From assembly GCA_964484795.1 (NCBI GenBank), contig CAZAFN010000004.1, positions 13-64,012 on the forward strand: a DNA stretch of 64,000 nucleotides, in the 5' to 3' direction. The notes under the pieces were generated by a model. That model made no database searches. It was not told where the DNA came from and saw nothing but the letters and a program-made list of their open reading frames with translations. Position 1 is the first letter of the stretch; each line of letters starts with the position of its first letter. Shown one piece after another: positions 38,190 to 49,098 of the stretch. The stretch comes from an uncultured Alphaproteobacteria bacterium. Its GTDB lineage: Bacteria; Pseudomonadota; Alphaproteobacteria; Methylaequorales; Methylaequoraceae. The position numbers and the translations under genes were made by a program.

Positions 38190-39539
38190 ATGAACATTAA
38201 TAAGTTTAAAAAATCTATTGAACCATTGACTAGCAATTTCTTAAGTATTTTTGCTTTTGTTTCAGTCTTGGTTTTATCATTTAGTGTTGGCGCGGAGGAT
38301 CATATGGCTAAAGAAATTCCATCTGTGACTCCCGAAGTTGCATACATACTAAATACATTTCTATTTCTTGTATGTGGATTCTTAGTCATGTTTATGGCTG
38401 CAGGTTTTTGTATGCTTGAAGCCGGAATGGTAAGAAGTAAAAATACAGCAGTAATATGCCTTAAAAATGTTGGTTTATTTTCAATTGCAGGAATTATGTA
38501 TTTTCTAATTGGATATAACCTTATGTATGATGGTGTGGATGGAGGATTTTTAGGATCTTTTTCTTTATTTGATAGGAGTAATGAAGTTGACCTCGAAACA
38601 GGTTATGCCTCTGCGTCTGATTGGTACTTTCAAATGGTATTTGTTGCAACCGCAGCTTCAATAGTTTCTGGAGCATTGGCAGAAAGGATTCTAATTTGGC
38701 CATTCTTTCTATTTGTTGCAATTTTAACGGGTTTTATTTATCCGATTGCAGGCTCTTGGCAATGGGGTGAAGGTTGGCTAAATGAAATGGGATTTCTTGA
38801 TTTTGCTGGTTCTACTTTAGTGCATTCAGTAGGAGGATGGGCAGCACTTTCTGGTGCAATGCTTCTAGGGGCTAGAAAGGGTAGATTTGCAAATGATGGT
38901 TCTATAAAAATCTTGCCGGGTTGTTCATTGCCAATGACAACTTTAGGTGTATTTATTCTTTGGCTAGGTTGGTTTGGTTTTAACGGTGGTTCTCAATTAG
39001 CTCTTGGGTCTGGTGCTGATGCTACAGCAGTTGCTAATATTTTTGTAAATACAACTCTTGCTGCAGCCGGAGGTGTCATGGCTTGTATGATAGTTAGTAA
39101 ATTAACAAACAGTCATACAAATATTTCTGCGACTCTAAACGGTGCCATTGCAGGACTTGTAGCAATTACGGCTGAACCATTAACTCCAAGTATGGGGCAA
39201 GCCATAATAATTGGTGCAATAGGGGGCATCATTTGTATGTATGGAATGAAACTTCTAGATGAGCTTAAGATAGACGATGTTGTTGGAGCTATACCTGCTC
39301 ACTTGTTTGCTGGTATTTGGGGGACATTAATTGTAGCCTGGACGAATCAAGACGCTACATTGAAAGTACAGTTTATAGGTGTTCTGTCTTATGGGATATT
39401 TACTTTACTAGTTAGTTTTATTGTTTGGTATGCAATCAAAGCTTTTATTGGCATAAGAGCTTCAGATGAAGAAGAAGAATATGGACTAGATATGAGTGAA
39501 TTAGGCGCCATATCTTATCCTGACTTTACTAAAAAATAA
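38190..39539 (+). CDS. amtB: Ammonium transporter
   Basis: 449 aa Amt/MEP protein with a signal peptide, 11 TM helices, twin-His and DFAGSTLVHSVGGWAAL. Confidence 0.9.
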   Translation: MNINKFKKSIEPLTSNFLSIFAFVSVLVLSFSVGAEDHMAKEIPSVTPEVAYILNTFLFLVCGFLVMFMAAGFCMLEAGMVRSKNTAVICLKNVGLFSIAGIMYFLIGYNLMYDGVDGGFLGSFSLFDRSNEVDLETGYASASDWYFQMVFVATAASIVSGALAERILIWPFFLFVAILTGFIYPIAGSWQWGEGWLNEMGFLDFAGSTLVHSVGGWAALSGAMLLGARKGRFANDGSIKILPGCSLPMTTLGVFILWLGWFGFNGGSQLALGSGADATAVANIFVNTTLAAAGGVMACMIVSKLTNSHTNISATLNGAIAGLVAITAEPLTPSMGQAIIIGAIGGIICMYGMKLLDELKIDDVVGAIPAHLFAGIWGTLIVAWTNQDATLKVQFIGVLSYGIFTLLVSFIVWYAIKAFIGIRASDEEEEYGLDMSELGAISYPDFTKK

Positions 39540-39558
39540 ATAATATCTCCCCAAAAAA

Positions 39559-39584
39559 GGGTCTACTTAATTAGGCCCTTTTTC
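39559..39584. terminator. Bidirectional intrinsic terminator between amtB and the convergent gene
   Basis: Stem GGGTCTA / TAGGCCC (one G:U pair) with loop CTTAAT, flanked by A6 upstream and T5 downstream. Confidence 0.65.
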
Positions 39585-39647
39585 CTAAAGAAAAATTTAT
39601 TTTATTAATCAAGTGTTTATGATCAACTACCTGAAAAGTTAGCTGAT

Positions 39648-40472
39648 TTATTCACAGCTTAGTGAAGTTAAATCAATTTTTTCAAGATTTAATAACAATG
39701 AATAATCAGGATAATCATACTTAAAGAAACTGGCAATACCTTGTTCATTCAAATGTACAGTTTGTTCAAATATTGGTGTTTGAATGTTATCTTTATAGTA
39801 TGCCATTCTAATTTTTTTAAACTTGTTGACTACCCCTTTAGGTATTATTTTTTTTGACTCTCTTACAATCTCATCAGTAAAAAACACTGAGATTTTAAAG
39901 TATTTATCAGGAATTGTTCCTTCATAAACATTTCCTATAATCATTTTTTTTTGGCTTTGAAAGTTATCAATTATTTTTTCTAAAAATTTGTGAGGAAAAA
40001 TAACATCATTAGAGAAGGTGATTGTTTTTTTATCTCTCAAATTAACAGTTAATTCATCATTTTTTTCAGCTTTTCCAATCGTTCTATCAATTAGTTCAGC
40101 ATTTTCTTTGATCTCGAGAACAAAATCCATTTTTTGCCCGTCAGTTGATTCATTTACAGAGTAGTTAATTTCACTTAGTGTTCCAACACCGTGCGAATTC
40201 ACAAAGCGAGTAACCATCCGTTGATTTGATATCCAGGAATTATTACAATTATTAATCCAGTCGACGTAAAGATTTCCTGATGCTTCATCAACGTATGTTT
40301 TCCCAGGAATTCTTGTTTCACCCGATTCAAACAAGTTAATACTATACTCGCTTTGGTAAGATAATAAATTATTCTTCGCATAGATATTATCAGCAAAAAA
40401 ACAATAAATGATTGTAACTATTAAAATTTTGAAAAAAATGTTCATGGTGTCAGAAAATGTATTTACTATCAT
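39648..40472 (-). CDS. Hypothetical exported protein
   Basis: 274 aa with an N-terminal signal-like hydrophobic segment. No motif was recognised confidently. Confidence 0.45.
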   Translation of the reverse strand: MIVNTFSDTMNIFFKILIVTIIYCFFADNIYAKNNLLSYQSEYSINLFESGETRIPGKTYVDEASGNLYVDWINNCNNSWISNQRMVTRFVNSHGVGTLSEINYSVNESTDGQKMDFVLEIKENAELIDRTIGKAEKNDELTVNLRDKKTITFSNDVIFPHKFLEKIIDNFQSQKKMIIGNVYEGTIPDKYFKISVFFTDEIVRESKKIIPKGVVNKFKKIRMAYYKDNIQTPIFEQTVHLNEQGIASFFKYDYPDYSLLLNLEKIDLTSLSCE

Positions 40473-40516
40473 ATTAGAAGATTTTGTATTTTAATTAGCA
40501 TAGAATTGTAAACATA

Positions 40517-40756
40517 GTGATAAAAATTTTATTTTTAATCTTTTTTTTAATTTTCGTTACAGTGCTTTTTTTTGTGAGAAAATTCTCAAGCAGAAAAATA
40601 ATAACTATTAATTTTTTTTTAATCATTTTTTTATCACTTTTTTTTTTAATTTTTTTCTTTTCAACTAATGATCAAAAAATTAGAGAAAATTATCATCCAC
40701 CTACATTTGATGGTGAAAAAGTAATACCGGGTTTTTTTGACGATGAAGATAAATAA
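40517..40756 (+). CDS. Hypothetical small membrane protein (two TM helices, acidic C-terminus)
   Basis: 79 aa ORF. It could be spurious, being very Phe/Ile-rich from AT-rich DNA. Confidence 0.3.
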   Translation: MIKILFLIFFLIFVTVLFFVRKFSSRKIITINFFLIIFLSLFFLIFFFSTNDQKIRENYHPPTFDGEKVIPGFFDDEDK

Positions 40757-41978
40757 TTTTTTACAAAGATGCAATTTTATTGATCTAAAAATCAAGGAAA
40801 TAAAAAAAATAGAATATTTCATAAATAAAAATGGGGGTAAATTATTTATTGTTGGAGGTAATGTAAGGGATTTAATTCTAAACAGGAATATTTCTTCTAA
40901 CCCAGATTTAGCAACTGATATTAAAACAAAATTGGTATTAAAATCATTGGATCAAGGCAAAATTAAATATTCAAAAGTAGGACTGTCTTTTGGTTCTATA
41001 GCCGCTAGAATTTCCAGCGTAGATTTTGATATAACTTCAATGAGAAAGGATATCAAAACAGATGGAAGGTGGGCTGAAATTGAGCCTACTGATGATATTT
41101 TAGAAGATGCGAGCAGAAGGGATTTTACAATAAACGCAATATATTGTGACACTAAAGGGAATTTGTACGATCCTTTGAACGGTATAGATGACTTGAGAAA
41201 TTCAAGAGTAAAATTTATTGGTGAACCAGAGAAAAGAATTAAGGAAGATTATCTTAGAATTCTAAGGTTCTTTAGATTTACTTTTTTTTACGCCAGTAAA
41301 TTAGATCCAGATGGTCTTAAATCATGTGAAAAACACAAAGGTAAAATAAAGATTTTATCTTTTGAAAGAAGAATGATGGAGTTAAAAAAAATCTTACTTC
41401 TAGAAAATATGGAGACAAAATCAAGGATATTAAATATTAGAAAATTTATTGAGGTGACTTTAGGCTGTAAGATTAACTATAAAGATTTTGAACGTCTATG
41501 CAAGATTGAAAGGTTTCTGGATTCTGTATGTTTCCAACGCAGAGTCAAGTATTTAATCGGGTGTAATAGAAAACCAAAAATACTGTTTGAGAAGATTGAT
41601 AAAAAATTTAAAGAAAGACTGCAAGTAAAAGAAAGTTTTATTCATTATACTCATCAAGAACTGAATGCCATTCTTTATTTTTCTCACAAAGATTATGTTC
41701 TAGATCAACTGATATTTGATTATTTAAACAAAGTTATTTCTAAAAAGAAACTATCTAAGTTAGTTGAAATTGTTAGAAGATTTAAGAAAAAAAAATTTCC
41801 CCTCTCCGGTAATGACCTAATTGGTAGAGGTTTTCATCCGGGAAAAAAAATGGGTAAAACTTTGAGAAAAGTCGAACAATGGTGGGTAAAAAAAAACTTT
41901 ATGCCAACTAAAGTGGACTGCATAAATTTTGTAGAGGATATGAATAGCATTGATTTACCAAGAAACAAAAGGAGGTAA
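40737..41978 (+). CDS. cca: CCA-adding tRNA nucleotidyltransferase / poly(A) polymerase family
   Basis: 413 aa with a Pol-beta-type head (FIVGGNVRDLIL, DxD) plus an RNA-binding body. Confidence 0.8.
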   Translation: MTMKINNFLQRCNFIDLKIKEIKKIEYFINKNGGKLFIVGGNVRDLILNRNISSNPDLATDIKTKLVLKSLDQGKIKYSKVGLSFGSIAARISSVDFDITSMRKDIKTDGRWAEIEPTDDILEDASRRDFTINAIYCDTKGNLYDPLNGIDDLRNSRVKFIGEPEKRIKEDYLRILRFFRFTFFYASKLDPDGLKSCEKHKGKIKILSFERRMMELKKILLLENMETKSRILNIRKFIEVTLGCKINYKDFERLCKIERFLDSVCFQRRVKYLIGCNRKPKILFEKIDKKFKERLQVKESFIHYTHQELNAILYFSHKDYVLDQLIFDYLNKVISKKKLSKLVEIVRRFKKKKFPLSGNDLIGRGFHPGKKMGKTLRKVEQWWVKKNFMPTKVDCINFVEDMNSIDLPRNKRR

Positions 41979-42908
41979 TGACATAAATATCGCATCTATA
42001 TTACCATTTGTTTCAAGACCAAATTTAGTTCCTCTATCGTAGAGAAGATTGAATTCTGCATATCTAGATCTTCTGTGGTATTGCAACTTTTTGTCATAGT
42101 CATTCCAAGGTAAATCAATCGTATCTGATATAATCTTTTTGTAGGAACTTAAAAAAGTTTCTCCAACATTTTTTGTAAAATTCAGATCAGCATCCCAGTT
42201 TTTGGAATTTAAATAATCATAAAAAATTCCGCCTAAACCTCGTGACTCGTTTCTATGAGGCAAGAAAAAGTATTTGTCACACCAATTTTTATATTCATTG
42301 TATGCTCCAGGTTTATAATTTTCACAAATTAGTTTTAGTTGCTTATGAAAAAATTTTGCAATTTCTTTTGACTGTTGGGATTTTTTGTCCGTAGGAGTAA
42401 TGTCTGTTCCTCCTCCAAACCAGTTCTTACCGGTAACAATAAATCTAGTGTTCATATGTATTGCAGGTATTTGTGGAGAGAATGGATGAATAACTACTGA
42501 TAATCCTGATGCCCAAAATTTATTACTTTTTTCTGTTCCTGGAATTTTTCCTTTAAGATTTTCTGGAAATTTACCGAAGACCGTCGATATATTCACTCCA
42601 GCTTTCTCGAATATATGACCTCTAAGCAGACTCATCTCACCACCACCAAGGGTGCTATTTCCTTTCTTATCTCTAAACCACTTTTTTCTTTGAAACTTTT
42701 TCTTCTTTCTTCTTCCTTTATTTTCTATTTTTTCAATATCTTCACAAATTTTGTCTCTTAAACATTGAAACCATTTAGCGGAAATTTTTTTTTTCTCATC
42801 AATTTTTTTCATTGTTTTCAAATATGTATTTTTTATACTATAGTTTAAATAGGGAAATTTAATTAATGAAAAAAGAAGAAAATATAGATGAAACAACTGA
42901 GTCCCCAA
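41955..42908 (-). CDS. hemF: Oxygen-dependent coproporphyrinogen III oxidase
   Basis: 317 aa with the GGGTDITP and RRGRY-like HemF signatures. Confidence 0.9.
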   Translation of the reverse strand: MGTQLFHLYFLLFSLIKFPYLNYSIKNTYLKTMKKIDEKKKISAKWFQCLRDKICEDIEKIENKGRRKKKKFQRKKWFRDKKGNSTLGGGEMSLLRGHIFEKAGVNISTVFGKFPENLKGKIPGTEKSNKFWASGLSVVIHPFSPQIPAIHMNTRFIVTGKNWFGGGTDITPTDKKSQQSKEIAKFFHKQLKLICENYKPGAYNEYKNWCDKYFFLPHRNESRGLGGIFYDYLNSKNWDADLNFTKNVGETFLSSYKKIISDTIDLPWNDYDKKLQYHRRSRYAEFNLLYDRGTKFGLETNGNIDAIFMSLPPFVSW

Positions 42909-43423
42909 TAGATGGTGAGAAAAGGGACTTTTTGTTTGTTACAACTGCCGGTTTAGCCGTTGCCGGGGGTGTTGCAACTGCCATTTCACTTATCAATACA
43001 ATGAACCCAGCCAAAGATGTGCTAGCTTTGTCAACCACAGAAGTTGATTTATCACCATTGGAAGAGGGACAGAATTTAACTGTAATGTGGAGAGGAAAAC
43101 CAATTTTTATAAGACATAGAACAAAAGAGGAAATAAATGATGCAAATATAGTTGATGTTGAAAGATTAAAGCATAAAGCCTCAGATGAATCGCGTGTCAA
43201 AAATCCAAAATGGCTTGTGGTTATTGGGGTTTGCACTCATCTAGGTTGTGTACCACTTGGACAGAAAATAGGTGATAGCAAAGGAGATTATGGTGGATGG
43301 TTTTGTCCATGTCATGGTTCACATTATGACACATCAGGAAGAATTAGAAAAGGTCCGGCCCCGCTTAACTTAGAGATTCCTCCTTACAAATTTGTAAGTG
43401 ATGACATAATAAAGATTGGTTGA
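42866..43423 (+). CDS. petA: Ubiquinol-cytochrome c reductase Rieske iron-sulfur subunit
   Basis: CTHLGCVP and CPCHGSHYD boxes. Confidence 0.9.
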   Translation: MKKEENIDETTESPIDGEKRDFLFVTTAGLAVAGGVATAISLINTMNPAKDVLALSTTEVDLSPLEEGQNLTVMWRGKPIFIRHRTKEEINDANIVDVERLKHKASDESRVKNPKWLVVIGVCTHLGCVPLGQKIGDSKGDYGGWFCPCHGSHYDTSGRIRKGPAPLNLEIPPYKFVSDDIIKIG

Positions 43424-43430
43424 TTGTGTA

Positions 43431-44669
43431 ATGGATAACATTGAAAAATCAGAAATAAAAGGTGTTTTAGGTTGGATTGACAGACGACTTCCTATATTTA
43501 CATTTATAAATCATAATTTGAGAGATTACCCAACCCCTAAAAATTTAAACTATTTTTGGAATTTTGGTTCTTTAGCAGGAATAACCCTCGTAATCATGAT
43601 AGTTACCGGGATTCTTCTAGCTATGCAATATACAGCTAATACAGATTTAGCTTTTGACAGTGTTGAAAGAATAATGAGAGATGTTAATAATGGTTGGCTA
43701 CTTAGATATATTCATATGAATGGAGCCTCAATGTTTTTTATCATTGTTTATATTCATATTTTTAGAGGTCTTTATTATGGATCCTACAAGTCGCCAAGAG
43801 AAATATTGTGGATGCTTGGAGTAGTTATTCTTTTATTAATGATGGCCACTGCTTTTATGGGATATGTTTTGCCGTGGGGACAAATGAGTTTTTGGGGAGC
43901 AACAGTTATTACAAATCTTTTTTCTGCATTTCCAGTGATAGGTGATTATATAGTTACTTTTTTGTGGGGTGGGTTTTCTGTTGATAATCCAACGCTAAAT
44001 AGGTTCTTTGTTTTACATTATCTTCTGCCATTTGTAATTGTAGGTGTGGTGTTTCTTCACCTCGTAGCTCTTCATCAGTTTGGTTCTAACAATCCTACTG
44101 GCATCGATGTAAAATCTGAAGGTGATACGATTCCTTTTCACCCATATTATACAGTCAAAGATTATTTGGGTTTGGGCTTTTTTTTAATTTTTTATGCAAT
44201 TTTGGTATTTTTTGCCCCAAATTTTTTAGGGCATCCGGACAATTATATTCCAGCAAACCCTTTACAAACACCTCCACACATTGTTCCCGAATGGTATTTT
44301 CTTCCATTTTACGCTATTTTAAGAGCTGTTCCAGATAAATTGATGGGTGTTTTGTTAATGTTTGCAGCTGTTTCAATTTTATTTTTCTTGCCATGGCTAG
44401 ATAGACACAAAATTAGGAGTGCTAGTTTTAGACCATTTTACAAGCAGTTTTTTTGGTTGTTTTTTATTGACTGCATTATTTTGGGTTGGTGTGGTGCAAT
44501 GCCAGCGGAAGGTATTTACGTTTTAATAGCTAGAATTGCATCTGGTTATTATTTTTTATTTTTTTTGATTATTATGCCTTTTTTGTCTAAATTTGAAAAA
44601 ATCTCTAATTTACCATCAAGCATATCAGCGGCTGTGCTGTCTGAAAAATTCGAAAAAGATTCTGATTAA
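43431..44669 (+). CDS. petB: Cytochrome b
   Basis: Eight TM helices with heme-ligating His pairs and a PEWY motif ([15 protein letters not shown]). An alternative ATG lies at 43416. Confidence 0.9.
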   Translation: MDNIEKSEIKGVLGWIDRRLPIFTFINHNLRDYPTPKNLNYFWNFGSLAGITLVIMIVTGILLAMQYTANTDLAFDSVERIMRDVNNGWLLRYIHMNGASMFFIIVYIHIFRGLYYGSYKSPREILWMLGVVILLLMMATAFMGYVLPWGQMSFWGATVITNLFSAFPVIGDYIVTFLWGGFSVDNPTLNRFFVLHYLLPFVIVGVVFLHLVALHQFGSNNPTGIDVKSEGDTIPFHPYYTVKDYLGLGFFLIFYAILVFFAPNFLGHPDNYIPANPLQTPPHIVPEWYFLPFYAILRAVPDKLMGVLLMFAAVSILFFLPWLDRHKIRSASFRPFYKQFFWLFFIDCIILGWCGAMPAEGIYVLIARIASGYYFLFFLIIMPFLSKFEKISNLPSSISAAVLSEKFEKDSD

Positions 44670-44673
44670 AAAA

Positions 44674-45441
44674 ATGTTAAAAAAATTAATTAATTTAATT
44701 ACTCTAATCTCTATTTACCTTGTTTGGGTTTTTCCAGCAAATTCTGCTGATAGCGATGTAGAATTAATAAAACAAAATTGGCCATTCAGTGGAATTTTCG
44801 GAAGATTTGACAAAGCTTCCTTGCAACGTGGTTTTAAAGTTTATAGAGAAGTTTGTGCGGCGTGCCATGGTATAAGACATATATCTTACAGAGATCTTAA
44901 GGGAATTGGCTATACCAAAGATGAAATAAAAATAATAGCATCAGAATATGAGGTCATCGATGGTCCTGATGATGAAGGTGAAATGTTTTTTCGAGAAGGG
45001 AAAGAAAGTGACAAATTTGTTGAACCCTATGAGAACGCTAATTTAGCAAGACTTGCCAATAATGGGGCATACCCACCAGATCTTTCATTGATAGTAAAAG
45101 CAAGAGCAGGAGGTGTAGACTATATATATAGCCTACTTAATGGTTACAAGGAGTTTCCTGATGATTTTGAAGCTAGTGAGGGTATGTATTTTAATGAGTT
45201 TTATCCAGGGAATCAGATTGCAATGCCGTCTCCAATTATGGATGACATAGTTGAGTTTGACGATGGAACCGAAGCCACTCAGTCCCAAATAGCCAGAGAT
45301 ATAAGTTCTTTTTTAGCTTGGACAGCAGAACCAGAACTAGAAGAAAGAAAAAGTCTTGGAGTAAAAACAATTTTTTTCTTGGTGTTGATCACTATTATGC
45401 TTCTAGGTGTAAAAAGAAAAGTTTGGAAAGATTTGGAATAA
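44674..45441 (+). CDS. petC: Cytochrome c1
   Basis: A signal peptide, CAACHG heme site and C-terminal anchor helix. The start is the ATG 5 nt after the petB stop. The longer ORF from 44593 overlaps petB. Confidence 0.85.
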   Translation: MLKKLINLITLISIYLVWVFPANSADSDVELIKQNWPFSGIFGRFDKASLQRGFKVYREVCAACHGIRHISYRDLKGIGYTKDEIKIIASEYEVIDGPDDEGEMFFREGKESDKFVEPYENANLARLANNGAYPPDLSLIVKARAGGVDYIYSLLNGYKEFPDDFEASEGMYFNEFYPGNQIAMPSPIMDDIVEFDDGTEATQSQIARDISSFLAWTAEPELEERKSLGVKTIFFLVLITIMLLGVKRKVWKDLE

Positions 45442-45446
45442 GATAA

Positions 45447-46304
45447 ATGGATAAAATTGATGTCGCTTTCATTGGTGGGAGCGGGTTATATAAAGTTCCA
45501 AATTTTAAAAAATATAAATGGATTAAAATCAAGTCTAACTTTGGAGGCCCATCTCCAGAAATTTGTGTTGGTAAGTTAAATAAAAGTAACATTGCATTTC
45601 TTCCCAGACATGGAAAAAACCACAATATTTCTCCCACAAAAATTAATTACAGGGCAAATATAGAAGCATTAAAAATAATTGGTTCTGAATGCATTGTTTC
45701 TTTGTCAGCTGTTGGGAGTTTAAGAGAAGATTATAAACCTGGTCATTTTGTTCTTGTTGATCAGTTTTTAGATCAAACATATTTGAGAAACAAAACTTTT
45801 TTTGACGATGATCTAGTAGTCCATGTTCCATTTGCTAGTCCAGTGTGCTCAAAATTAAAAAAATCTTTGTCAGATAGCCTTAGAAAATTAAAAGTAAAAT
45901 TTCATTCTTCTGGTACTTACATATGTATTGAAGGACCACAATTTTCATCATTAGCCGAGTCACAGCTTTTTCGTTCCTGGGGATGTGATGTTATTGGTAT
46001 GACTAATATGCCTGAAGCCAAGCTAGCTTTGGAGGCAGGTATTTGTTATGCATCTGTTGCAATGGTTACAGATTTTGATTGTTGGCATCCTGACCATGAA
46101 AGTGTGACTGTAGAACAAATAGTGGAAACCTTGAATAAAAACTCGAAAAAGGCATTTTGTCTTATTGATGAAATCTGCAAACATAAGAAATTTTTTTGTG
46201 ACCAAAAAACAAAAAATTTATCTAGAGATTCTTTAATAACAAATTTGTCTTATGTTAAAAATTCAACCAAGAAAAAACTCTCAAATATTCTCGGAAAATT
46301 ATGA
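45447..46304 (+). CDS. mtnP: S-methyl-5'-thioadenosine phosphorylase
   Basis: PNP/MTAP family (FIGGSGLY, GMTNMPEAKLA). Confidence 0.85.
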   Translation: MDKIDVAFIGGSGLYKVPNFKKYKWIKIKSNFGGPSPEICVGKLNKSNIAFLPRHGKNHNISPTKINYRANIEALKIIGSECIVSLSAVGSLREDYKPGHFVLVDQFLDQTYLRNKTFFDDDLVVHVPFASPVCSKLKKSLSDSLRKLKVKFHSSGTYICIEGPQFSSLAESQLFRSWGCDVIGMTNMPEAKLALEAGICYASVAMVTDFDCWHPDHESVTVEQIVETLNKNSKKAFCLIDEICKHKKFFCDQKTKNLSRDSLITNLSYVKNSTKKKLSNILGKL

Positions 46305-47386
46305 AAGTAGGAAAAAAGAATTTTTCAACTTTATGGATGGATAACGGGAAGATAAAGATAATAGATCAGACGAAATTGCCATTTAAATTTGTAGTTAGAG
46401 AATTAAATTTAATTTCTGAATTTTGTGCAGCTATTAGAAAAATGCAGGTTAGGGGTGCTCCTTTGATTGGAGTAACTGCAGCATTTGGTTTTGCGACAGA
46501 AATAATGAGAAAACCTAAGGATTTAGATGTGGAGTTGGCATATTCAGAGCTTTTGAAAACTAGACCAACTGCAATTAATCTAAGGTGGGCTTTGGATTTA
46601 ATTAAAAAAATAGTTTTTAAACTTAAACCATCTGAAAGAGGTAGAGTTGCCATCCAAATTGCTAAAAAAATTAGAGAAGATGATATTGCTAGTTGTGAGA
46701 AAATAGGTGAAAATGGATATTACATAATTGAAAAAATTTTTAAAAAAAAAAAAAGACCTATTAATATTCTTACACATTGTAATGCCGGATGGTTGGCAAC
46801 TGTTGATTGGGGTACGGCTTTGTCTCCAATTTACAAAGCAAAAAAAAATAAAATCCCCATCCATATTTGGGTAGATGAAACAAGGCCAAGAAATCAAGGA
46901 GCTTTATTAACTGCTTGGGAGTTAAATCATGAAAAGATACCTTACACGATAATAGTAGACAATGCTGGAGGACATTTAATGCAAAGAGGAGAAGTAGATT
47001 TATGTATTGTTGGGAGTGATAGGACCACAAGTAATGGTGATGTTTGCAATAAAATAGGTACCTACCTAAAGGCAATATCAGCTTATGAAAACAAAATTCC
47101 ATTTTACGTTGCACTACCTACATCAACAATTGATTTGAACTTAAAAGATGGAAAAAATATTCCAATTGAAAATAGAAACGTTGATGAACTTTCACACTTT
47201 AATTTTTTAAAAAAAAATAAGATAGAGAAAGTAAACACATATTTTAATGGAGCTAATATGATTAACCCAGCTTTTGATGTTACTCCATCAAGATATATTA
47301 CAAGATTGATAACTGAAAATGGAGTTTGTATGCCAAACAAAAATTCAATAATGAAGATGATAAAAAAAAATGACAAAAGATATTAA
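46301..47386 (+). CDS. mtnA: S-methyl-5-thioribose-1-phosphate isomerase
   Basis: eIF-2B alpha/beta/delta-like fold with GAPLIG and VGSDR motifs. It is translationally coupled to mtnP. Confidence 0.85.
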   Translation: MKVGKKNFSTLWMDNGKIKIIDQTKLPFKFVVRELNLISEFCAAIRKMQVRGAPLIGVTAAFGFATEIMRKPKDLDVELAYSELLKTRPTAINLRWALDLIKKIVFKLKPSERGRVAIQIAKKIREDDIASCEKIGENGYYIIEKIFKKKKRPINILTHCNAGWLATVDWGTALSPIYKAKKNKIPIHIWVDETRPRNQGALLTAWELNHEKIPYTIIVDNAGGHLMQRGEVDLCIVGSDRTTSNGDVCNKIGTYLKAISAYENKIPFYVALPTSTIDLNLKDGKNIPIENRNVDELSHFNFLKKNKIEKVNTYFNGANMINPAFDVTPSRYITRLITENGVCMPNKNSIMKMIKKNDKRY

Positions 47387-47999
47387 AAAAAAAATTATAT
47401 TTGCTTCCCAAAATCAATTAAAAATGGGTTTTAATATAGGCTCTGAAGGCAACATAAGTTTTAGGGATGGATCAAATGTTTTTATTACTCGCTCTGGAAT
47501 TGAAATTTCTAAAATGAGTGCCGATGATATTTGTGAAGTTGACATTAGTGGTAAAATAAAAAATGATATGAAGCCTTCTACAGAAATTGATATGCATCTA
47601 ATGTTATATAGAAAAAGAACTGATGTTAGTGCAATAGTTCATTGTCATTCTATGTGGGCGTCCGTTTTATCTTGTTTAAGAAAAAAAATTCCCTCATTCC
47701 ATTATATGGTTGCAGAATTTGGTGGTATAGATATTCGATGTTCAAAATACGCTACATTTGGAACCAAAAAATTGGCAGAATTGGTTTTCGATGCCACAAA
47801 AAATAGGAAGGGTTGTTTGATTGCAAACCACGGCCAAATATGTTTGGGTAGAAATGTAGATGATGCAATGCACTTATCAAGTGCACTAGAAAAATTATCA
47901 AAGCAATATTATTTTTGTTTGGCTTCTAAACACATTAAATTGTTAAGCCGAGATCAGATGAAGGATGTAGTGAATTCATTTGCATCCTACAAAATCTAA
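47370..47999 (+). CDS. mtnB: Class II aldolase/adducin-family protein, probable methylthioribulose-1-phosphate dehydratase
   Basis: 209 aa with His metal ligands (HCHS). It overlaps the end of mtnA. Confidence 0.7.
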   Translation: MTKDIKKKIIFASQNQLKMGFNIGSEGNISFRDGSNVFITRSGIEISKMSADDICEVDISGKIKNDMKPSTEIDMHLMLYRKRTDVSAIVHCHSMWASVLSCLRKKIPSFHYMVAEFGGIDIRCSKYATFGTKKLAELVFDATKNRKGCLIANHGQICLGRNVDDAMHLSSALEKLSKQYYFCLASKHIKLLSRDQMKDVVNSFASYKI

Positions 48000-49093
48000 A
48001 CATTGAACCTAAACGTGATTATATCTCCATCTCTCACAATATAATCTTTTCCTTCGAACCTTAATTTTCCATGATCTTTGCAATTCTGCTCACCTTCAAA
48101 TTTTATAAAATCATCAAAACTTATGACCTCTGCTTTGATGAAACCTTTTTTAAAATCTGTATGGATTTTTGCACCAGCATCAGGAGCAGATGAGTTTTTT
48201 TTACAAGACCAAGCCCTAGATTCTTTTATTCCTGAAGTAAAAAAGGTTACTAGATCTAAGAGACTGTATCCTTGTTTTATAAGTTTAGATAGAGAGGTTT
48301 CACAAAGACCAATAGTGCTTAAAAATTCTTTTTTTTCTGATTCATCTTCGATCAAAGAAATTTCAGATTCAATTGCAGCAGAAATATTGATTGTCTTAAT
48401 GTTTTTTTTATTTCCATAATTTTCTACTTCATTGCTTAAAGAATTTCCATTGATTATAGAATCTTCATCCACATTGCAAACATAAATATATGGCTTTAGT
48501 GTTAAAAAGTTATATTCATTTAGAATTTTGACTGTATTCTTGTCAAAAGAGCATTCGCATAAAAAAACACCATCATTTAAATTTTTTTCTGCTAATTCCA
48601 ACGTTGATATCAATTCCACATCAATTTTTAATCCTTTGTGTTTTTTTTTTAAATTTTCAATAATATTTTGAATTTTGGCAAAGTCTGATAGTAATAGTTC
48701 TGTTTCAATAATATGAATATCATTTAATGGTGAAATTTTATTTTCAACGTGAGTTACATCTTTATTTTCAAAACATCTAATTAAGTGAAGAATTGCATCA
48801 ACGTTATGCAGATTAGAAAGAAATTTATTTCCCAACCCCTCGCCTTTGCTTGCACCTTTAACTAAACCAGCAATATCAACAAATTCAAGTTGGTTATGTA
48901 CTGTATTTTGTGAGTTTGCTATAGATGAGATTTGCTCTAACCTTTCATCATTGACTTTAACTTTACCAATATTTGGTTCTATTGTGCAAAAGGGATAATT
49001 TTTAGACTCCGCAATTTGAGTGGAAGTTAAGGCGTTAAACAAAGTTGATTTTCCAACATTTGGCAACCCTAGAATTCCACAATTAAAACCCAT
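47996..49093 (-). CDS. ychF: Ribosome-binding ATPase YchF
   Basis: GLPNVGKSTLFNALT P-loop, a TGS domain and a C-terminal YchF domain. Confidence 0.9.
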   Translation of the reverse strand: MGFNCGILGLPNVGKSTLFNALTSTQIAESKNYPFCTIEPNIGKVKVNDERLEQISSIANSQNTVHNQLEFVDIAGLVKGASKGEGLGNKFLSNLHNVDAILHLIRCFENKDVTHVENKISPLNDIHIIETELLLSDFAKIQNIIENLKKKHKGLKIDVELISTLELAEKNLNDGVFLCECSFDKNTVKILNEYNFLTLKPYIYVCNVDEDSIINGNSLSNEVENYGNKKNIKTINISAAIESEISLIEDESEKKEFLSTIGLCETSLSKLIKQGYSLLDLVTFFTSGIKESRAWSCKKNSSAPDAGAKIHTDFKKGFIKAEVISFDDFIKFEGEQNCKDHGKLRFEGKDYIVRDGDIITFRFNV

Positions 49094-49098
49094 AATTA

